A DNA stretch of 64,000 nt from an uncultured Gammaproteobacteria bacterium (GCA_964568925.1 CAZMSJ010000001.1:81907-145906), one strand, 5' to 3'; positions 33,803-42,891 are shown, counted from the first letter of the stretch. Made by a program: numbers and translations. The notes: generated by a model from the letters alone, not told the origin.

Positions 33803-34207
33803 TTAAGCAGTTTGTTTTGACTTAGCAGGCATAATCTTAGTTATGTCCTGCCATCCCTCTTCGTTTCCTGGGCGATCCTCGACAAGAATTTGGCACTCAT
33901 TGCCAACTAGCTCCTGTAAGGACACTTCTTCATCTGCCCCAGGCTCTTTGCCCATCAAAGCTGTAACTGCACGAAATAATTTTGATGTGGTTTCAGAGGT
34001 TTTGCCTTTTGTCAGCTTGGCACTAGCAATATGGGTTCGCTTAACTCCTTTGTGCTCTCCTTCTGTTATTTCAAAATCGAGCCTTACAAATGCTCCATAT
34101 TGCTCGCCATCCTTTTCTTCAAAGCCTGCAAGCTTTGCCTGATACACTCCAACTGGAATTGGCTCAGGTGCTTGTGCTTCTTTTACTGTGTATTTTCCTT
34201 TAGCCAT
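33803..34207 (-). CDS. DUF669-like phage/plasmid protein (possible ssDNA-binding fold)
   Basis: Size and the pattern PEPIPVGVYQAKLAGFEEKDGEQYGAFVRLDFEITEGEHKG resemble DUF669 proteins from memory. The ATG at 34207 lies 6 nt after GGAGGTG. Confidence 0.45.
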   Translation of the reverse strand: MAKGKYTVKEAQAPEPIPVGVYQAKLAGFEEKDGEQYGAFVRLDFEITEGEHKGVKRTHIASAKLTKGKTSETTSKLFRAVTALMGKEPGADEEVSLQELVGNECQILVEDRPGNEEGWQDITKIMPAKSKQTA

Positions 34208-34370
34208 TGTGATCACCTCCTTTGGAAAAAGCTTTTGTCAAATCTGATTGGAATTTTTCATTTTGGATCTGTGCCATTTTTCGTTCGTACCACTCAAGGA
34301 GAAGTACTGCCAATGGTCTTAAGCTCTGGCTTATTTCTTTTGAGTTGGGAATAATAGTTTTTTGTTTCAT
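34200..34370 (-). CDS. Small 56-aa ORF (below the ORF-track cutoff), translationally coupled
   Basis: The ATG at 34370 lies 2 nt after the upstream stop, and the ORF's stop overlaps the next gene's ATG by 8 nt. It encodes MKQKTIIPNSKEISQSLRPLAVLLLEWYERKMAQIQNEKFQSDLTKAFSKGGDHNG. Confidence 0.35.
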   Translation of the reverse strand: MKQKTIIPNSKEISQSLRPLAVLLLEWYERKMAQIQNEKFQSDLTKAFSKGGDHNG

Positions 34371-34372
34371 AA

Positions 34373-34633
34373 TCAGTCGAATTTTTCCGAATAAATACGG
34401 TTTTTAAGAATCTTGATGTTGTTGAAGAAAGCTAGGAGGCTTAATTTGAGACTGTTATTCCAATAAAGCTGGATAATTTCATCCATACCTTCCAGACGAG
34501 AAAAGACAAACTCTACTTTTGAAGGATCGGTTTTATCTAAATGGTCTATGGAAAATCCTGCGGTAAGAATCGCAGCAGCTAAACCCAAATCATGGGTTGA
34601 GAAGTATTTGTTAATATAATAGTCGCTTGTCAT
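34373..34633 (-). CDS. DUF5659-like small protein
   Basis: FSTHDLGLAAAILTAGFSIDHLDKTDPSKVEFVFS matches the DUF5659 pattern recalled from CPR and phage genomes. Confidence 0.55.
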   Translation of the reverse strand: MTSDYYINKYFSTHDLGLAAAILTAGFSIDHLDKTDPSKVEFVFSRLEGMDEIIQLYWNNSLKLSLLAFFNNIKILKNRIYSEKFD

Positions 34634-34722
34634 ATAATGTTAATCCTTTTGGATTACGTTTATATTTTGGGGCAAGCTAAAGAGGGAATATATGTTGCTT
34701 TTCTGAAGATTCTGAAAAGTTT

Positions 34723-36810
34723 CTACCGAGGGTAAGTGAGACGATAAGCATTATCACCCTTAACAGTTTTAGTTGGCTGCAATACTTTATCAATAAGCGC
34801 TTTCGTAGCTTCGTCACGAGCACTCTTTTTAATAAGGCTTTTCATTTTGTTGCTGAAGCTTTGCGGAGTATATTCATCTCTCCACTTGTCGGCATCCACA
34901 CCTTGTATTTTTGCCATTTCACCAATGCAGAATTTATGAATCTCCTCATGCCCAACTGGATTATTGAAGTTATTCCATAAGCTCATAACAAAGTTGTATT
35001 GAGGAGTACCAGGTGTTACTTGCACTACATTTTGGTGGTCAATCCACAAGTCGCCATTTACTTCAAATTTAACTCGCTGAATTTTTCCAGAAACAAAATC
35101 ATTGAAATACTCTTTATCAATTGTGACCAGACCCTTTATTAAAGTGACCAGATCACTAGTTGGAATAAAAACTAGGTTACTATCCTTAGTCGTGATCTTT
35201 TCAGGAGAGATAACTACTGATAAAAGAGAAGTTTTATCCAATGTTCCTGTGTCAGCTTTATGGTTGAAATAGTACACGGGTACTTTTGCTCCAGGAAGAT
35301 TACCTAATAGCCAAATTTTTCCCGCTTCAATCTCTCTCAATTTGCCCGCAAGTTCTAATTCGGTTGCCAGAAAGGTTAAAAAGTTTTTCGAGTTAAGAGT
35401 CCATCTTTCAATTTCACCTTTATCAATCCATTCCTTCGATCCAGATGTTGGACAAAAGTAAAAGAAGCTATCGTTTCGTGATTGGACTTTATGGCTCTCG
35501 TGACAAGTCTTACACTGCACTTCTTTTAGTGGCTCGACCTTTTTGTAGATTCCATTGTCAGTGGCCCATCGAGTGACTGAAGCTGTAAATAATCTGTTAA
35601 GCTCTGATGTTGTTATCTCTTTGATCTGATCAAAGGAGAGTAATGTGTCTAGTATCTCTTCAAATTGATATTCCAAACCCCAATCTTTGAGATAATTTTT
35701 GACTTTTCGGTAACGAGGGTTGTCATTTATATTATGAGAATTAGGCCAGGCAACAAAGAAGGTAAGAGTTCCGCGGGATCTTTTAATTGTTGTTTCAAAT
35801 TTAATTTGAAAGACTCCTTTGCTAATAAATAATCGACTGAGAGGAATTTTGAGTTCTCTAATGAACTCGTGAATTGCTTGCACTCCATTTGTATCTTCGC
35901 TTACTTCTAAATTAAGTTTTCTGGTGCCACCAAAAAATTTGAGTTGTAATTGCTTTAGTTTTACAAACTCTACTTTATCTTCTGGTGGAGTAGGGAAAGT
36001 AAAAGAAGAGCTTTTAAGAACATCAAGATTAAAGACTCGGTCACTATCTACATTCAAATCTACTCCAAGCACTGCCTTGCCAAAAATTTGCTGAATAGTC
36101 TTGGCTCTTTTCCAGCCGCCAGCGGCTTTTGTGCTCAATCGTCCTTCTTTTGGATAATATAAAAAGAAAATTTTATCTACTGGTTTATGAGGGTGACGCT
36201 TTCTGAGCTGCTCTTCTTCGTAGACAATGGATGATTCGGTATAGTCCTCAGGATATGCAACAAAGCAAACTCTGTCTTCTTGCCGATAGCACTCGACATA
36301 GCAATTTCTTCCCCTTAATTCACTGTTAAAAATATAAGTGCTAAGTGCTTTTTGGAGCTGTGCTGTTTTACCTGTAATTTTCGATATATCTTTTACTTTT
36401 TTAACACCTGTGAGTTCTTTCCAGCCACGAGTATCATTGACTTCATACCAAGTGGCTACATCACTGAAATGCTCGTTTTGGTGAAGAAAAAACCAGAAGG
36501 CCTTGTCGTGCTGATTCAGTTGATCAACTTCTTCATAAGGGATTTGCAAGTTTTTCCCTTTGGCTTCTTCAATCAACAAGTGCAATCCTTCATTAGGAGT
36601 CAAACTGTTGATTTCTTGGAAATCTAACTCAAGGGAAGATCGTGATTTGTCATCTAATTTTGAGAGTTGTTTAATTATTGCTTCTTTAGCTTCATCTTCG
36701 TTGTCTGTAGTGGGGAGGGTGAGAGGGATATTGTGGAGCCGGCAGTACTCCTTCAGGAAAGAAGGGCTTGTTTGAAGAATAAACTCTTTTAAGACAAATG
36801 ATTGTGACAT
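34723..36810 (-). CDS. Hypothetical 695-aa protein (first gene of the element block)
   Basis: Long ORF with its own promoter-like sequence. A central CX2H...C cluster is present (CKTCHESHKVQSRNDSFFYFC). No family recognised. Confidence 0.6.
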   Translation of the reverse strand: MSQSFVLKEFILQTSPSFLKEYCRLHNIPLTLPTTDNEDEAKEAIIKQLSKLDDKSRSSLELDFQEINSLTPNEGLHLLIEEAKGKNLQIPYEEVDQLNQHDKAFWFFLHQNEHFSDVATWYEVNDTRGWKELTGVKKVKDISKITGKTAQLQKALSTYIFNSELRGRNCYVECYRQEDRVCFVAYPEDYTESSIVYEEEQLRKRHPHKPVDKIFFLYYPKEGRLSTKAAGGWKRAKTIQQIFGKAVLGVDLNVDSDRVFNLDVLKSSSFTFPTPPEDKVEFVKLKQLQLKFFGGTRKLNLEVSEDTNGVQAIHEFIRELKIPLSRLFISKGVFQIKFETTIKRSRGTLTFFVAWPNSHNINDNPRYRKVKNYLKDWGLEYQFEEILDTLLSFDQIKEITTSELNRLFTASVTRWATDNGIYKKVEPLKEVQCKTCHESHKVQSRNDSFFYFCPTSGSKEWIDKGEIERWTLNSKNFLTFLATELELAGKLREIEAGKIWLLGNLPGAKVPVYYFNHKADTGTLDKTSLLSVVISPEKITTKDSNLVFIPTSDLVTLIKGLVTIDKEYFNDFVSGKIQRVKFEVNGDLWIDHQNVVQVTPGTPQYNFVMSLWNNFNNPVGHEEIHKFCIGEMAKIQGVDADKWRDEYTPQSFSNKMKSLIKKSARDEATKALIDKVLQPTKTVKGDNAYRLTYPR

Positions 36811-36839
36811 AGTAATACAATCTTCATATAATTGGGCGA

Positions 36840-36869
36840 ATTATACACCTTTTTGTTAAAAGAAGCCAA
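36840..36869 (-). promoter_or_regulatory. Sigma-70-type promoter (TTGGCT-18-TATAAT on the minus strand) for the 695-aa gene
   Basis: The minus strand reads TTGGCT (36869-36864), an 18-nt spacer, then TATAAT (36845-36840). The ATG at 36810 lies about 29 nt downstream. Confidence 0.5.
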
Positions 36870-36902
36870 GGCTGCGGTTTTATTTGCATAATTTTATCCA
36901 AT

Positions 36903-36954
36903 AAAAAAGGCCAGCTAATCCAAACTCTCGTGTGAGAATTTAAATCAACTGGCC
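36903..36954 (-). terminator. Long imperfect hairpin plus U-run terminating the M23 peptidase gene
   Basis: GGCCAG (36909-36914) and CTGGCC (36949-36954) close a 46-nt imperfect hairpin. The A-run at 36903-36908 gives a U-run on the minus strand. Confidence 0.55.
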
Positions 36955-36989
36955 AATGAGCCTACTTCAGAATCATTTCTGCGTAAGCA

Positions 36990-39728
36990 TTAGCTTCCAA
37001 CAGTTACCTGTGCGGTCACTGGGTAATTGTTGCCATCAAATCCCTTGCAGGTAAATGTCGCGGTGTATGTACCTGCGGCATAGTTGTGGGTATATCCGTT
37101 TTGGTGACCAATGCTGGTACCATTCCCGCCGAAATACCCGACATTACTACTGTCACCCCAATCCAAGATTTGCCAATCCTCTGCACAGTTGCTCCAATCA
37201 GCATCAGCTTCCACCAGATTATTCTGGGGGTCAGTGACAGTCAAAGTCAGAGACAGCGTTGGCTGCGGTACTGGCGTTGCAGTTGGTGGAACTGGTGTTG
37301 GTGTCGCCGTAGGCGGACCTGTCACAACAACTTGTTGAGTTGCTGTATAAGTTTGTCCTGTACGACCATTGACTGTTAAAGTCATAGTGAACGTCCCAAC
37401 GGGGAAGATATGCGAATCCACTTTCGTGTCCGCCGACCCTTGGTAGTCCACATATGCTCCATTGTGTCCAAAGTCCACTCGTTGCCAGCTATCAACCGGA
37501 GCATTTGCCCAGGTTGCCGTATAGTTGACCAAACCACTGACTGCATCAACAGAGTTAAGCGTAAGTGACAGTGTTGGCACTGGCATTACAATCTGCTGAC
37601 TCGTTGGGTAGTTTTGTCCGTCCAGACCTTTCACCGTAAAACTCAAGGTGTAAGTGCCTGGGTTGTAGATGTGCGTGGCATTTTGCGTTCCAGATGCGCC
37701 ATTCACATCAAAGCTTTGTCCATCGCCAAAATCAATATGGTGCCAATCAGCCAGTGCGTTACTCCAGTTGAGTGTAAGGTCAACCAGACCACTACCTGTG
37801 TGCGCTGAATTGATTGTTAGCGAGAATGTCGGCGCTGGAGGCTGAACCACGACTTGTTGGGTATATGGATAGCCCACACCGTCAGTGCCATAGACAGTGA
37901 CCGTCACATCATATGTGCCATAGTTGGCATATTGGTGAGTCGGTGAGACATCGCCAGAGCCACCTTGAACATCGAATGTTGCTCCATCTCCAAAGTCAAA
38001 ATGTTGCCAACCAGGAGCTGCTCCAGACCATACGAGATGGTTAGTGACTTCCTTTGTAGCAATGTTTGTGACTGTGGATGTGAATGTTGCCGTTGGTGCG
38101 TGCATTCGTCCGCCACAAGTTGAATCGTGGAAAACTTCAATGCTTTCGATTGTGTCATTGACTGGCGCACCCGTATTAAGAGTGTCATTCGTCAAGTCGG
38201 AATCACTCACATTAAAGCAAGCAAAACCGCCGCCGAGATTTCCACTCTCATACAAAACTGCTGACCAGCCAGGGGTCACACCGATTGATGTAATACTATT
38301 GGAAACTGGACCTGAGACATTACCGCTGAACGGATCATGCCAACCGTAATGTGTGTTCCAATAGGTCGGATCAACCCATACGGTGACTGTGTCGCCAGGT
38401 TCCAGACCTCGATATTGTCCTCCGCAGTTTGAATCTTGATAAACCCAGACTGAAGAGATCGTGTCAGTGATCGGATAACCTGCGTCATAGTAAGCGCCTG
38501 ACAGTTCAGGATAAGAAGCAACAAAGCACTTCTTCAGACCTGTACCGTTTTGACCTTCAGCGACCATGATGGACCATCCAGAGTCAATTTCGATACTACT
38601 GGCTTGGTTATCCATGTAATTGACATCAGGTGAAAGGTTAAACCATCCACCACTCGGATTGTCCCAACCATATTGAGTCCCGCTGTAATTGGGATCCATA
38701 CGCAAATCCACATGAGAGTTGCCAGTCTGTCCGCCTCCTGAACCTCCAGCAGATGGTTGTGGTTGATTGGCAGGAACTGATTGGTCAGACACCAATATAC
38801 CACCACCTCCGCCTAGATACCCGTTTCCAGAGTATTGGACATCGGCTCGTGCTGTGCTACGTTCACAATTTTGTTGACCGGCATATGGACTACCTGCTGG
38901 TTCAACGCCACTACAGACGTAGTTGCTAGGAAGGTAAGTGTAAACGCCAGTACGCATAGGACCAGTGAACCAATCTCGGAAAGAGAATGACTCATATGGC
39001 ACAGGCCACCAATCAGCGTGGACTCCTTCTTCTTTAACTGCGACACCATCGTAATTGTAAGCGACTGGCTCGCAGTTCCCAGGTTGGCAATTTGGTGGAA
39101 TTCCAAGCTCATTAGGGCGATAATCGTATATACGATAACCGTTCACCATAACCGAGTGCCAACTAAGAGGATTACCTCCGTCTCCGTTGGATGCACAACA
39201 ATTACGAGAACCATCCCGTAGTTCAACGTGCAGATGTACTTTCCCATCTGTTGTGCCTGTACTACCAGCATCGCCAATAGTATAACCAGGCAAGACATGA
39301 TAGGTCTGTCCAGCCGATACTGCGTCCAGAATTGGTTGCCAGATATTACTGAGATGCCCGTAAATTATTACGGAACCACCCACTGTATGCTTTACAGCAA
39401 CCTTGATTCCCAGACCGCCTCCTGTATTTGTCTCGCTTGCCCAGATAACATCTCCTTCTGCCATCGCAGCGACAGAGAAGGATTGCCCTCCATAGGCGAA
39501 ATCCATCCCCGAACCTGCATAAAGGTCCATAAATTGAGTTGTCGGACCTCGTCCCCACTGGTGTGGACCACCACTCCAAGAGGGACCCGTATTAGCATAG
39601 TAGGGCAGCTCGAAGTTCGGTAAAGGATACCCTGGATCTGCCGACACTTTTGATGGTGTCAGACCTGAGAAAGCAACCACAAAGAGGGTTGCTACGACAA
39701 GGACTTGCAAAAACTTGCGAATACTCAC
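36990..39728 (-). CDS. Secreted M23A (LasA / beta-lytic protease-like) metallopeptidase with beta/gamma-crystallin-like and PKD-like repeats
   Basis: Signal peptide present. The catalytic core aligns by eye to LasA (GPHQWG...GMDFAY...SVAAMAEGDV...IYGHLSNI...GKVHLHVEL). Two repeats of the GWS(I/A)...E..N..G....CF...I(S/E)S(V/I).V(Y/F).DS.CGG type follow, then four PKD-like repeats of ~70-95 aa (W..(I/F)DFGDG...H.Y..GTY). The gene has a GTG start after AAGGAGG. Confidence 0.8.
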   Translation of the reverse strand: MSIRKFLQVLVVATLFVVAFSGLTPSKVSADPGYPLPNFELPYYANTGPSWSGGPHQWGRGPTTQFMDLYAGSGMDFAYGGQSFSVAAMAEGDVIWASETNTGGGLGIKVAVKHTVGGSVIIYGHLSNIWQPILDAVSAGQTYHVLPGYTIGDAGSTGTTDGKVHLHVELRDGSRNCCASNGDGGNPLSWHSVMVNGYRIYDYRPNELGIPPNCQPGNCEPVAYNYDGVAVKEEGVHADWWPVPYESFSFRDWFTGPMRTGVYTYLPSNYVCSGVEPAGSPYAGQQNCERSTARADVQYSGNGYLGGGGGILVSDQSVPANQPQPSAGGSGGGQTGNSHVDLRMDPNYSGTQYGWDNPSGGWFNLSPDVNYMDNQASSIEIDSGWSIMVAEGQNGTGLKKCFVASYPELSGAYYDAGYPITDTISSVWVYQDSNCGGQYRGLEPGDTVTVWVDPTYWNTHYGWHDPFSGNVSGPVSNSITSIGVTPGWSAVLYESGNLGGGFACFNVSDSDLTNDTLNTGAPVNDTIESIEVFHDSTCGGRMHAPTATFTSTVTNIATKEVTNHLVWSGAAPGWQHFDFGDGATFDVQGGSGDVSPTHQYANYGTYDVTVTVYGTDGVGYPYTQQVVVQPPAPTFSLTINSAHTGSGLVDLTLNWSNALADWHHIDFGDGQSFDVNGASGTQNATHIYNPGTYTLSFTVKGLDGQNYPTSQQIVMPVPTLSLTLNSVDAVSGLVNYTATWANAPVDSWQRVDFGHNGAYVDYQGSADTKVDSHIFPVGTFTMTLTVNGRTGQTYTATQQVVVTGPPTATPTPVPPTATPVPQPTLSLTLTVTDPQNNLVEADADWSNCAEDWQILDWGDSSNVGYFGGNGTSIGHQNGYTHNYAAGTYTATFTCKGFDGNNYPVTAQVTVGS

Positions 39729-39777
39729 TGTTGTCCTCCTTAGGACTTCTGTTAGAATGTAAATGTACTGCGTGGCA

Positions 39778-39786
39778 ATTTTAGCA
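39778..39786 (-). promoter_or_regulatory. Extended -10 TGCTAAAAT for the M23 peptidase gene
   Basis: The 9-mer is identical to those upstream of the two Cys-rich pilin-fusion genes. A ~50-nt leader carries AAGGAGG. Confidence 0.5.
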
Positions 39787-39832
39787 CTGTTTCATTTGAA
39801 ATAAAACCCATATTATCGTATAATTTCGCACT

Positions 39833-40549
39833 ATGACTAAAACTGTTAGAAAGGTCACAAAAAAGTCGATTTACTCTAAAGATATAACTCTGTTTGTAAT
39901 TTTGGCTTTTGCTGTTTTTGCTGTTGTACTGCTTTCAAAAAGTAAAATCACGGCATTAGTTCAGGACAAGACTCAAGTTAATAACCTGGCAACGCCAAGC
40001 ACTATCTCGCCTAAGCTTGAAAGGGTGAAATATACTTTAGAGCCAGCTGAAAACGGAAAGATGTTGAGTTCCTCTAATTATGATTTCCAAGTTACCTTCC
40101 CAGGTTATTATGATGACTTCACAGTAGGGTGGGGTTTTGATAAAGATTTTCCTGAAAATGAAACTACTTCAGTAGGTGGCAAGCATCGACTAGATCCGTC
40201 AGATAAAGATAACTTTATGAGTTATGACATAAGTATTGGATTTCTCAACAATCAAAGTATTCAGGATCTGATAGATAAACAAATCGAAGGTATAAAAAAG
40301 AGCTTGGAAATGGCAGGTAAAACAGAAAAAGATGGTCAAATCCAAACACAGACACTTACGACTCAAGCTGGGAAGTTTGTTAAAGTAAGGCATATAGATG
40401 CCTTTAATTTCGAAAGTGTCTATTATTACATTCCCTACAAAGATAAATACTACACAATTTATGCTGGTCAAAGCAGGAATACTCGTTTTTCTCAAGTACA
40501 ACTAAGTGAAATTGATCAGGTTGTAAAAAGCTTCAAATTTGTAGATTAA
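39833..40549 (+). CDS. Membrane-anchored or exported hypothetical protein
   Basis: N-terminal TM helix (ITLFVILAFAVFAVVLLS). TATAAT at 39819-39824 lies 8 nt before the ATG. Confidence 0.55.
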   Translation: MTKTVRKVTKKSIYSKDITLFVILAFAVFAVVLLSKSKITALVQDKTQVNNLATPSTISPKLERVKYTLEPAENGKMLSSSNYDFQVTFPGYYDDFTVGWGFDKDFPENETTSVGGKHRLDPSDKDNFMSYDISIGFLNNQSIQDLIDKQIEGIKKSLEMAGKTEKDGQIQTQTLTTQAGKFVKVRHIDAFNFESVYYYIPYKDKYYTIYAGQSRNTRFSQVQLSEIDQVVKSFKFVD

Positions 40550-40570
40550 ACGGAATATAATATAGCTGAA

Positions 40571-41191
40571 ATGAAAAAGGCTATATTTCTAATACTAGCT
40601 GCAATTATATTAAGTGGTGTAGCAATAAGTTTTCAAAAAGAACGATTAAGAAAATTTGAAGCTCCAAGACAAAATACTCCTCCTATTCAGCTCACAATCG
40701 GTAAAGACTTTACTCTGGAAGCTGTTGTTAATGATTTGAAGTACTATGACTTTATTAAAGACGAAAGTGCTTTCAAATATGCTTTGGAACACACAAAAGA
40801 TACTAGCCCAGGTCGAGAAGGATCTTTAACAGTTGGCAATAATACTGTTGATCGAGAAGCAGTTTATACCATTTCTCAAAGCATGACCGCTTGGCAAATT
40901 GCAGATATTCTTTTGAATCAAGGAGAGTATAGCTCTTGTGATCATGGTTGTCCTGAAAGTAACTTCAGTCCTGAATTACTTCCTGGTGGAGATTTGGCTC
41001 CAACTATCAAGCAAAAATATGAGTGGGTTAAAACTTATGAGGATTGCGTCAAAGCTATTGGTCATGATGGAGGGCAACTATCCAGTGAACAATATGCTCA
41101 AAAGACTGATATTAGAATTTGTACTTCTCCTGATGGGAGATATTTTGTTCAAGGAAAAGAGGGGTGGACTGACAACCCGCCATATCCTTAA
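40571..41191 (+). CDS. Exported hypothetical protein
   Basis: N-terminal signal/TM segment (AIFLILAAIILSGVAISF). TATAAT at 40556-40561 lies 9 nt before the ATG. Confidence 0.55.
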   Translation: MKKAIFLILAAIILSGVAISFQKERLRKFEAPRQNTPPIQLTIGKDFTLEAVVNDLKYYDFIKDESAFKYALEHTKDTSPGREGSLTVGNNTVDREAVYTISQSMTAWQIADILLNQGEYSSCDHGCPESNFSPELLPGGDLAPTIKQKYEWVKTYEDCVKAIGHDGGQLSSEQYAQKTDIRICTSPDGRYFVQGKEGWTDNPPYP

Positions 41192-41514
41192 TCTTTCTTT
41201 AACTTCTTAATGAAATTGTGTGGATTGAGAAGTATTGCGTTTCTGTTTTCTTTTTCATAAATGTAAGGAGTCCCAATAACGGTCTTACAATGACTACACA
41301 CTAAATTTGGTATTTCTTTAATATCTACAATTTCTTGTAGTTCACGTAACTTCTCTGGTTCAAAGATCCTGTCTAGGTAAAGCCTCTTTAGTGGTCCTGG
41401 TCCATCTTTCTGATATAAAAGTAGAAATTCTTTGCAATTAGCACAATAAAGATTAAGAAACTTTGAAGTGCCTCCTCTTGCTTTTCTGTGTTTGTCTCTC
41501 TTGAACTTTAGCAT
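41188..41514 (-). CDS. Small zinc-ribbon-like protein (CxxC...CxxC)
   Basis: CANCKEF...CSHCKTV, 108 aa. It is the last gene of the minus-strand cluster. Confidence 0.5.
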   Translation of the reverse strand: MLKFKRDKHRKARGGTSKFLNLYCANCKEFLLLYQKDGPGPLKRLYLDRIFEPEKLRELQEIVDIKEIPNLVCSHCKTVIGTPYIYEKENRNAILLNPHNFIKKLKKD

Positions 41515-41534
41515 AATGCATTCTGAGGGCAGTT

Positions 41535-42887
41535 TTATTTATCTAAGTATTTAACCACTTCATTGGAAAATTCATGAACCAAATCAGTTGAGATAATTAC
41601 TCCAAGACTTTCACTGTCATCTGAACTGACCATTGAGGGAATTCCAATCATGCAGCCTCTTTGGTCAACTGCTAATCCGCCTGAGTTTCCGTGGCTAATT
41701 TTGGCGGATGTGACAATAAGTCCATCACCTGGAAAGCTACTAACGACACCATCAGTTACAGTTAAAGAGTAGCCACCGCTAATGGCAGGGTATCCAAATA
41801 TGCGAATTTGCTCTCCCAGCTTTACACTTTCATTGGTGCATCTGGTGCTATCATCGAAAGCAGGAAATTTGCGTGGATAGGTGCCTCGATATTGTTGTTC
41901 TTCCTCGTCGTAGTAGGCAGAGTGGATTGACATAAATGCTAAGTCATAGTCATCGCTTATGGTTGGAATGACGAGTGGGGTGGCTAAATAGATATTTTCA
42001 GGTTGTCCTGTTATTGGATTTGGGAGTATGACTAGACATCCATCTTCATCAACATTTATATGTGTCTTATCTTGAGGAATAATGTGTGAGTTGGTAAGGA
42101 TTACTCCATCGTCAGTAATAATGGTGCCAGAGCCGCCACTGACTTCCTCTCCTGAAACTGTACTTGGACAATAAATATTTACCACTGATGAAGCAATTTG
42201 TTCTTGGTTATATTGACTATTAGAACTAGTGACTTCGGTTGCTTGATTTGTATCGACCACAGGAGTGCTACTGTAACTGGTGTCGTCAGATGGAGACATC
42301 AACCCAATTAGCATCAAAAGATAGAAGCCAATAAAGAATAGTAGTGCGAGTATCTCTTTCCAAGAAAAACTAGTTTTAATACTTTTATTTGGTGTTTTGA
42401 TAGCCCAATAATCATTAAATACTGTCTGAATTTTATTTAGAACTATTGGAGTTAAGAATCCCAATGAGATTCCATTTATAGTGATTAGCCAAAATAACCG
42501 CCATCCTGGTGAATAAGTATCCTTGATACCTTTTTCCTCTGCTAACTTCTTAATTTCATTAAACTGCTCATACATTAGGAACAAATTAAGAATAGGAACA
42601 AAAAGTCCAACTGTCCTCCAAAATGGACTAATATTTGACTTTCGCTCTTCCTTAATCAGTTGCCAATTTCTTTCAAACCAATATAGAAAATACACACCAT
42701 AAGTGACAGCGAGCATAATAGTGAACTTTTTAATAGGGTAGCTATTAGATTTTCCAGTTGAAGTGTCTTGGTCTATCGCTGAATGATGAGAGCTTTCTGA
42801 TTCTGTGAAGCCATCTAATTTTTCTCCGCAATGCTGACAGAACTTGCTATTTTCAGGATTTTTCTTTCCGCAGCTAGGGCAATACAT
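41535..42887 (-). CDS. Zinc-ribbon / multi-TM / trypsin-like serine protease fusion protein
   Basis: The N-terminus is MYCPSCGKKNPENSKFCQHCGEKL. It is followed by four TM helices and a chymotrypsin-fold triad context (LTNSHII, YDLAFMSI, SHGNSGGLAV). Confidence 0.75.
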   Translation of the reverse strand: MYCPSCGKKNPENSKFCQHCGEKLDGFTESESSHHSAIDQDTSTGKSNSYPIKKFTIMLAVTYGVYFLYWFERNWQLIKEERKSNISPFWRTVGLFVPILNLFLMYEQFNEIKKLAEEKGIKDTYSPGWRLFWLITINGISLGFLTPIVLNKIQTVFNDYWAIKTPNKSIKTSFSWKEILALLFFIGFYLLMLIGLMSPSDDTSYSSTPVVDTNQATEVTSSNSQYNQEQIASSVVNIYCPSTVSGEEVSGGSGTIITDDGVILTNSHIIPQDKTHINVDEDGCLVILPNPITGQPENIYLATPLVIPTISDDYDLAFMSIHSAYYDEEEQQYRGTYPRKFPAFDDSTRCTNESVKLGEQIRIFGYPAISGGYSLTVTDGVVSSFPGDGLIVTSAKISHGNSGGLAVDQRGCMIGIPSMVSSDDSESLGVIISTDLVHEFSNEVVKYLDK

Positions 42888-42891
42888 ATAA

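Larger units (their letters stand above)
27104..36954 (-). mobile_element. Putative integrative element (serine-recombinase type, plasmid- or satellite-like); right boundary approximate
   Basis: The recombinase gene overlaps the tRNA-Asn 3' end by 15 nt. All ORFs lie on the minus strand. A replication module is present (Toprim/DUF3631, DUF669-like). GC is visibly lower than in the flanks (hand count 22/60 in the line at 29041, versus 29/60 at 8041 and 27/60 at 38041). No capsid, terminase or tail motifs were recognised. Confidence 0.6.
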
